Assembly: GCF_030144855.1 (NCBI RefSeq)
Contig: NW_026780455.1
Location: 248,001 to 312,000 of the forward strand
Direction of reading: 5' to 3'
DNA length: 64,000 nt
Source: Hypanus sabinus
Taxonomy: Eukaryota
Under the pieces are notes generated by a model. It made no database searches. It was not told where the DNA came from and worked only from the letters and a program-made list of their open reading frames with translations. This document shows, in pieces, positions 61,102 through 64,000 of the stretch (positions within the stretch are counted from its first letter, which is position 1; the number at the start of each line of letters is the position of its first letter). A program made the translations under genes and the position numbers.

Positions 61102-61140
61102 CACAGAGGTTGAGAAGTCGAGCCGCCCCTGACAAAAACT
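61102..61140 (+). other. 23-RSS
   Basis: CACAGAG - 23 nt - ACAAAAACT. Confidence 0.92.
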
Positions 61141-61182
61141 GTTCTGCACAATCGCCTAAGGCTCAGGACCCGCTGTCTCCCA

Positions 61183-61197
61183 CCACCAGGGGTCGCT
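61183..61197 (+). promoter_or_regulatory. Candidate CTCF element 42 bp 3' of the RSS
   Basis: CCACCAGGGGTCGCT. Confidence 0.65.
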
Positions 61198-62048
61198 GCG
61201 CATTGAGCCTCAATATCCAGATGCAATTGCCTTTTGATTCTTCCCATCTGCACAACCCAGTAGGTAATATCAGGAAATCAGATCAGGAGGAAAAGGTACT
61301 TCACACAAAAGGAAACCGTGAACGACTCGAATTTCTTACGAAGCAGAAGACGTTTGCCCAGCCCGCTTGGAGCCACAGCAACATTTACAACTGAAGCAGT
61401 TAAATTATTTGCAGGGATAGCGTTCAAAACCTGTCAGGAATGGAATTTGTTCACCCTCGTGTTGAGGTGTAGCCCATCAGTTTTGTACCTTCCCCAGAAC
61501 GGATACCAGTGACATCACAACAGATGAACGAAAATTAGAATTATTGTTCGATAAAGGAATGGTAGAAAGATATATCCATATACAGATACAAACTTCAACA
61601 GATGGATGGATAGATGGATAAATAGATAGACTGATGGGTAGATAGGTAAATAAAGGGAGAGAGGGATTTAGAAAGTGAGTGAGAGTGNNNNNNNNNNNNN
61701 NNNNNNNNNNNNNNNNNNNNNNNNNNNNNNNNNNNNNNNNNNNNNNNNNNNNNNNNNNNNNNNNNNNNNNNNNNNNNNNNNNNNNNNNNNNNNNNNNNNN
61801 NNNNNNNNNNNNNNNNNNNNNNNNNNNNNNNNNNNNNNNNNNNNNNNNNNNNNNNNNNNNNNNNCTGGAGACTAATAACTGCGACTTTATTGGTTATGGC
61901 TCCTAGACCTCTGATTAGTTAACCAATCAAAAGAAGTGCATTTCCTTCTTCATCAAGCACGGACATTGTCGTTCAATACCAAACCGTATTTCCATCTTCG
62001 CCCTTCTTTCGGCTGTTGAATTGTAATTGTGCTCGTTTATGACGCGCA

Positions 62049-62219
62049 GGAAGTGACGCAGCTGTCCACTAGCCAGTAGCATAGCAGTAGTCGAAACAGG
62101 AAACGCAAAGTGGTTCTCCTGAATGCTGGCATTGCGCTAACCATTTGATGTTCTCTAACTCGGGCCGATGATGGCAAGTGGGACACGTTGCATCCTAGTT
62201 ATTCTGCCGTTGAACCCAA
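62049..62219 (+). pseudogene. Orphan promoter + intact leader (CACSS family), no V exon recognised
   Basis: GGAAGTGACGCA (62049-62060) ends 108 bp before the ATG. MMASGTRCILVILPLNP A|gtgagt (62168-62219) aligns with MRGTYCLPLILALIP. Confidence 0.75.
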
Positions 62220-62906
62220 GTGAGTCTAAACGGCACAGATCCATAGTCAGGTGCAGCGTTCTTGCTGGCCTCACGTCGTGCGACATTGGCCGTTGTTTAG
62301 CTTGGTAGAGGGTCAAGAACTCCGTCCGAACTCGTGTCCCTAAACTGCAAGGTCAGACCACCAATGACCAAGCACCAGTGGACGGCCGTCCCTCTCCCCT
62401 TTGTGTTCTGTCATTGAAAGGATAGCTCCTCTATCGTTAAACACATGTTTTATTTTCATTTGAGCAATGGATGTGACCTCGCTGGTTTACCGAATGTGGT
62501 CGGTAACTTTTATGTACTCGAGTTTTGTCTTTCTGTTTTTTTTTTTCAGAATACCTGGTTGATTATTGAGAGTAAGAGTCTGATAGGTTTTCCATCTTAC
62601 ATGGGTTCTGGTCGCGTACGTGAACGGCGTGAAATGATCAGCAAATTTGGGGGTTCGGCGTAGAAGGGCAGGACACTCACCGGAAATGGTGCGGAACGAC
62701 GACAAACAGCGGGTCTTTGGTGTAGATGCATAGGGAATGCACAGTGAATGATGCGATTAGATGCCAGAGTAACGAGTCAATGTGATGGTGGGTGTGTCGA
62801 GTGAGAGACGGACAGTTTCTCTGCTGCGCCAGAGGGAGGCTTATATCTCGAATCGGGGCTGGTTCAAGGAAGGGGCGTGGCTGATCGCTGCTTACGCAAA
62901 AACATC

Positions 62907-62916
62907 TACGTCACTG
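62907..62916 (-). promoter_or_regulatory. CRE-like decamer (reversed) upstream of the V at 63007
   Basis: TACGTCACTG is the reverse of CAGTGACGTA, as in the 10736 promoter. Confidence 0.6.
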
Positions 62917-63006
62917 GGATACGTAACAAACGGGGTAAAAGTGAATGGATTCCTCTCTGCTGCACGCAGTTCTTCCATCACTCAGAGAATAAAACCGGCA
63001 GGAAAG

Positions 63007-63679
63007 ATGTTCCTGTTTCTGCGGTTCATCCTTGCCTGCCACTGTGAGTGAACTTGACAAAAAATATTCTTTTTATTTCTTTGCGTCTCTGTTCCTGTCA
63101 GATTCCCCCTCACTTGCGTTACCTTCCGCTAGTCTCGCAATCTTTATTTATTTAGTTACGAATCATGGCGTCCTCACACTATCTCCCTTTGCCGCCGACT
63201 CCAAATTCCGTCCACCTCTGGAGCTCTCCCGACTTCAGGTCTTCTCTTTCCTTTCCTCAATGTACCCTCTTTCTCCCCTTCCCTATTAACCATGGTGTCC
63301 GTGTTCATTCCCCACCTATGCCACCCCCGTCTATTTTTCTTGACGTGACCTCGGTGACGATCCACCAGACTTCGGATTTCTCCGCCCTTCCTGGCCAGAA
63401 GGTTGCGCTTCGCTGCACAGTCGAGGTTGTAGCAGTGCTGGTAACGTGTTGTACTGGTACCGTCAATACCCGGGAAAGGGTCCGGAGAACATGTTTTACA
63501 CTATGACAGCTATGTACGTCCAGCCAGAGGGATTGGTCGACGGTTTTACGGCGGAGAGATCGCAGAGCAACGAGTTCTTCCTGAAGTCCGACAAGCTGGA
63601 AGCGAATTCGTCGGCCGTGTATTTCTGTGCCTGGAGTGATCACGGCGGCTCAGAGTGACGGGGCAACTGTACAAAAACG
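63007..63679 (+). pseudogene. TRBV: TRBV (CAWS family) with two apparent single-base deletions
   Basis: Leader 63007-63043 MFLFLRFILACH|gtgagt. The acceptor reads ttcttg instead of ..ag (~63342), and there is a -1 at GAGGT (~63425). Repaired: VTSVTIHQTSDFSALPGQKVALRCTVEGCSSAGNVLYWYRQYPGKGPENMFYTMT..SSAVYFCAWSD. RSS CACGGCG-23-ACAAAAACG (63641-63679). Confidence 0.88.
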
Positions 63680-64000
63680 GCTCGCTGCTGTCAGCAAAAC
63701 AGTAAACACGACGCCTGTCAATCATATGGTTGTAGGTGGGTCTACGTATTGTGCGCCGAAGCGTCCAATCCTTGAAATAAGGGGCGATGTTGTTGTACAG
63801 TAGCTTTAAATTCCCTCCTCTTCTTAAGCATTCAGCTGGGAGAAGACAATCCGCACACTCAGCGTTCCACTCCAGTCTTCCTTGTCACGTGCGGTCTTCC
63901 CACGCATCTTCGGTCTGGGAGGATCGGAACCTTTCTGTGAGCCAACAATGTTCAGTACCCAAGATCAATTTCAAGCTCGTTATTTTCTTTGTCTATTGAT

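Overview
Eukaryotic genomic DNA, most likely from a cartilaginous fish (inferred from the CR1 LINE and HE1-like SINE content and the V sequences; not verified). It contains a cluster of T-cell receptor variable gene segments, best read as TCR beta V (TRBV). The evidence is a two-exon leader/V structure with phase-1 introns, 23-bp-spacer RSSs, TRBV30-like FYS..G / RP / CAWS motifs, and the AGTGACGTCA V-beta promoter decamer. I find 14 V exons or fragments in about four families. Five look intact (10.8k, 22k, 23.5k, 56.2k, 60.7k), one has an open exon with a doubtful leader (35.3k), and eight are defective. There are also four orphan leader/intron fragments and one or two very decayed relics. 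No D, J or C segments were seen. The first 24 kb holds three head-to-head (-/+) V pairs, and the later V exons are all on the + strand. The left edge carries what looks like exon 1 of an orphan GPCR. CTCF-like motifs sit about 40 bp 3' of several RSSs and 0.6-1 kb 5' of several leaders. The rest is CR1, Rex1/Babar, SINE, Tc1 and R4-like debris plus microsatellites. There are eight N gaps (21245-21391, 24896-25035, 25090-25343, 46630-46959, 48015-48252, 59271-59601, 59941-60433, 61688-61864). All calls were made by eye; no database searches were run, and repeat boundaries are approximate.
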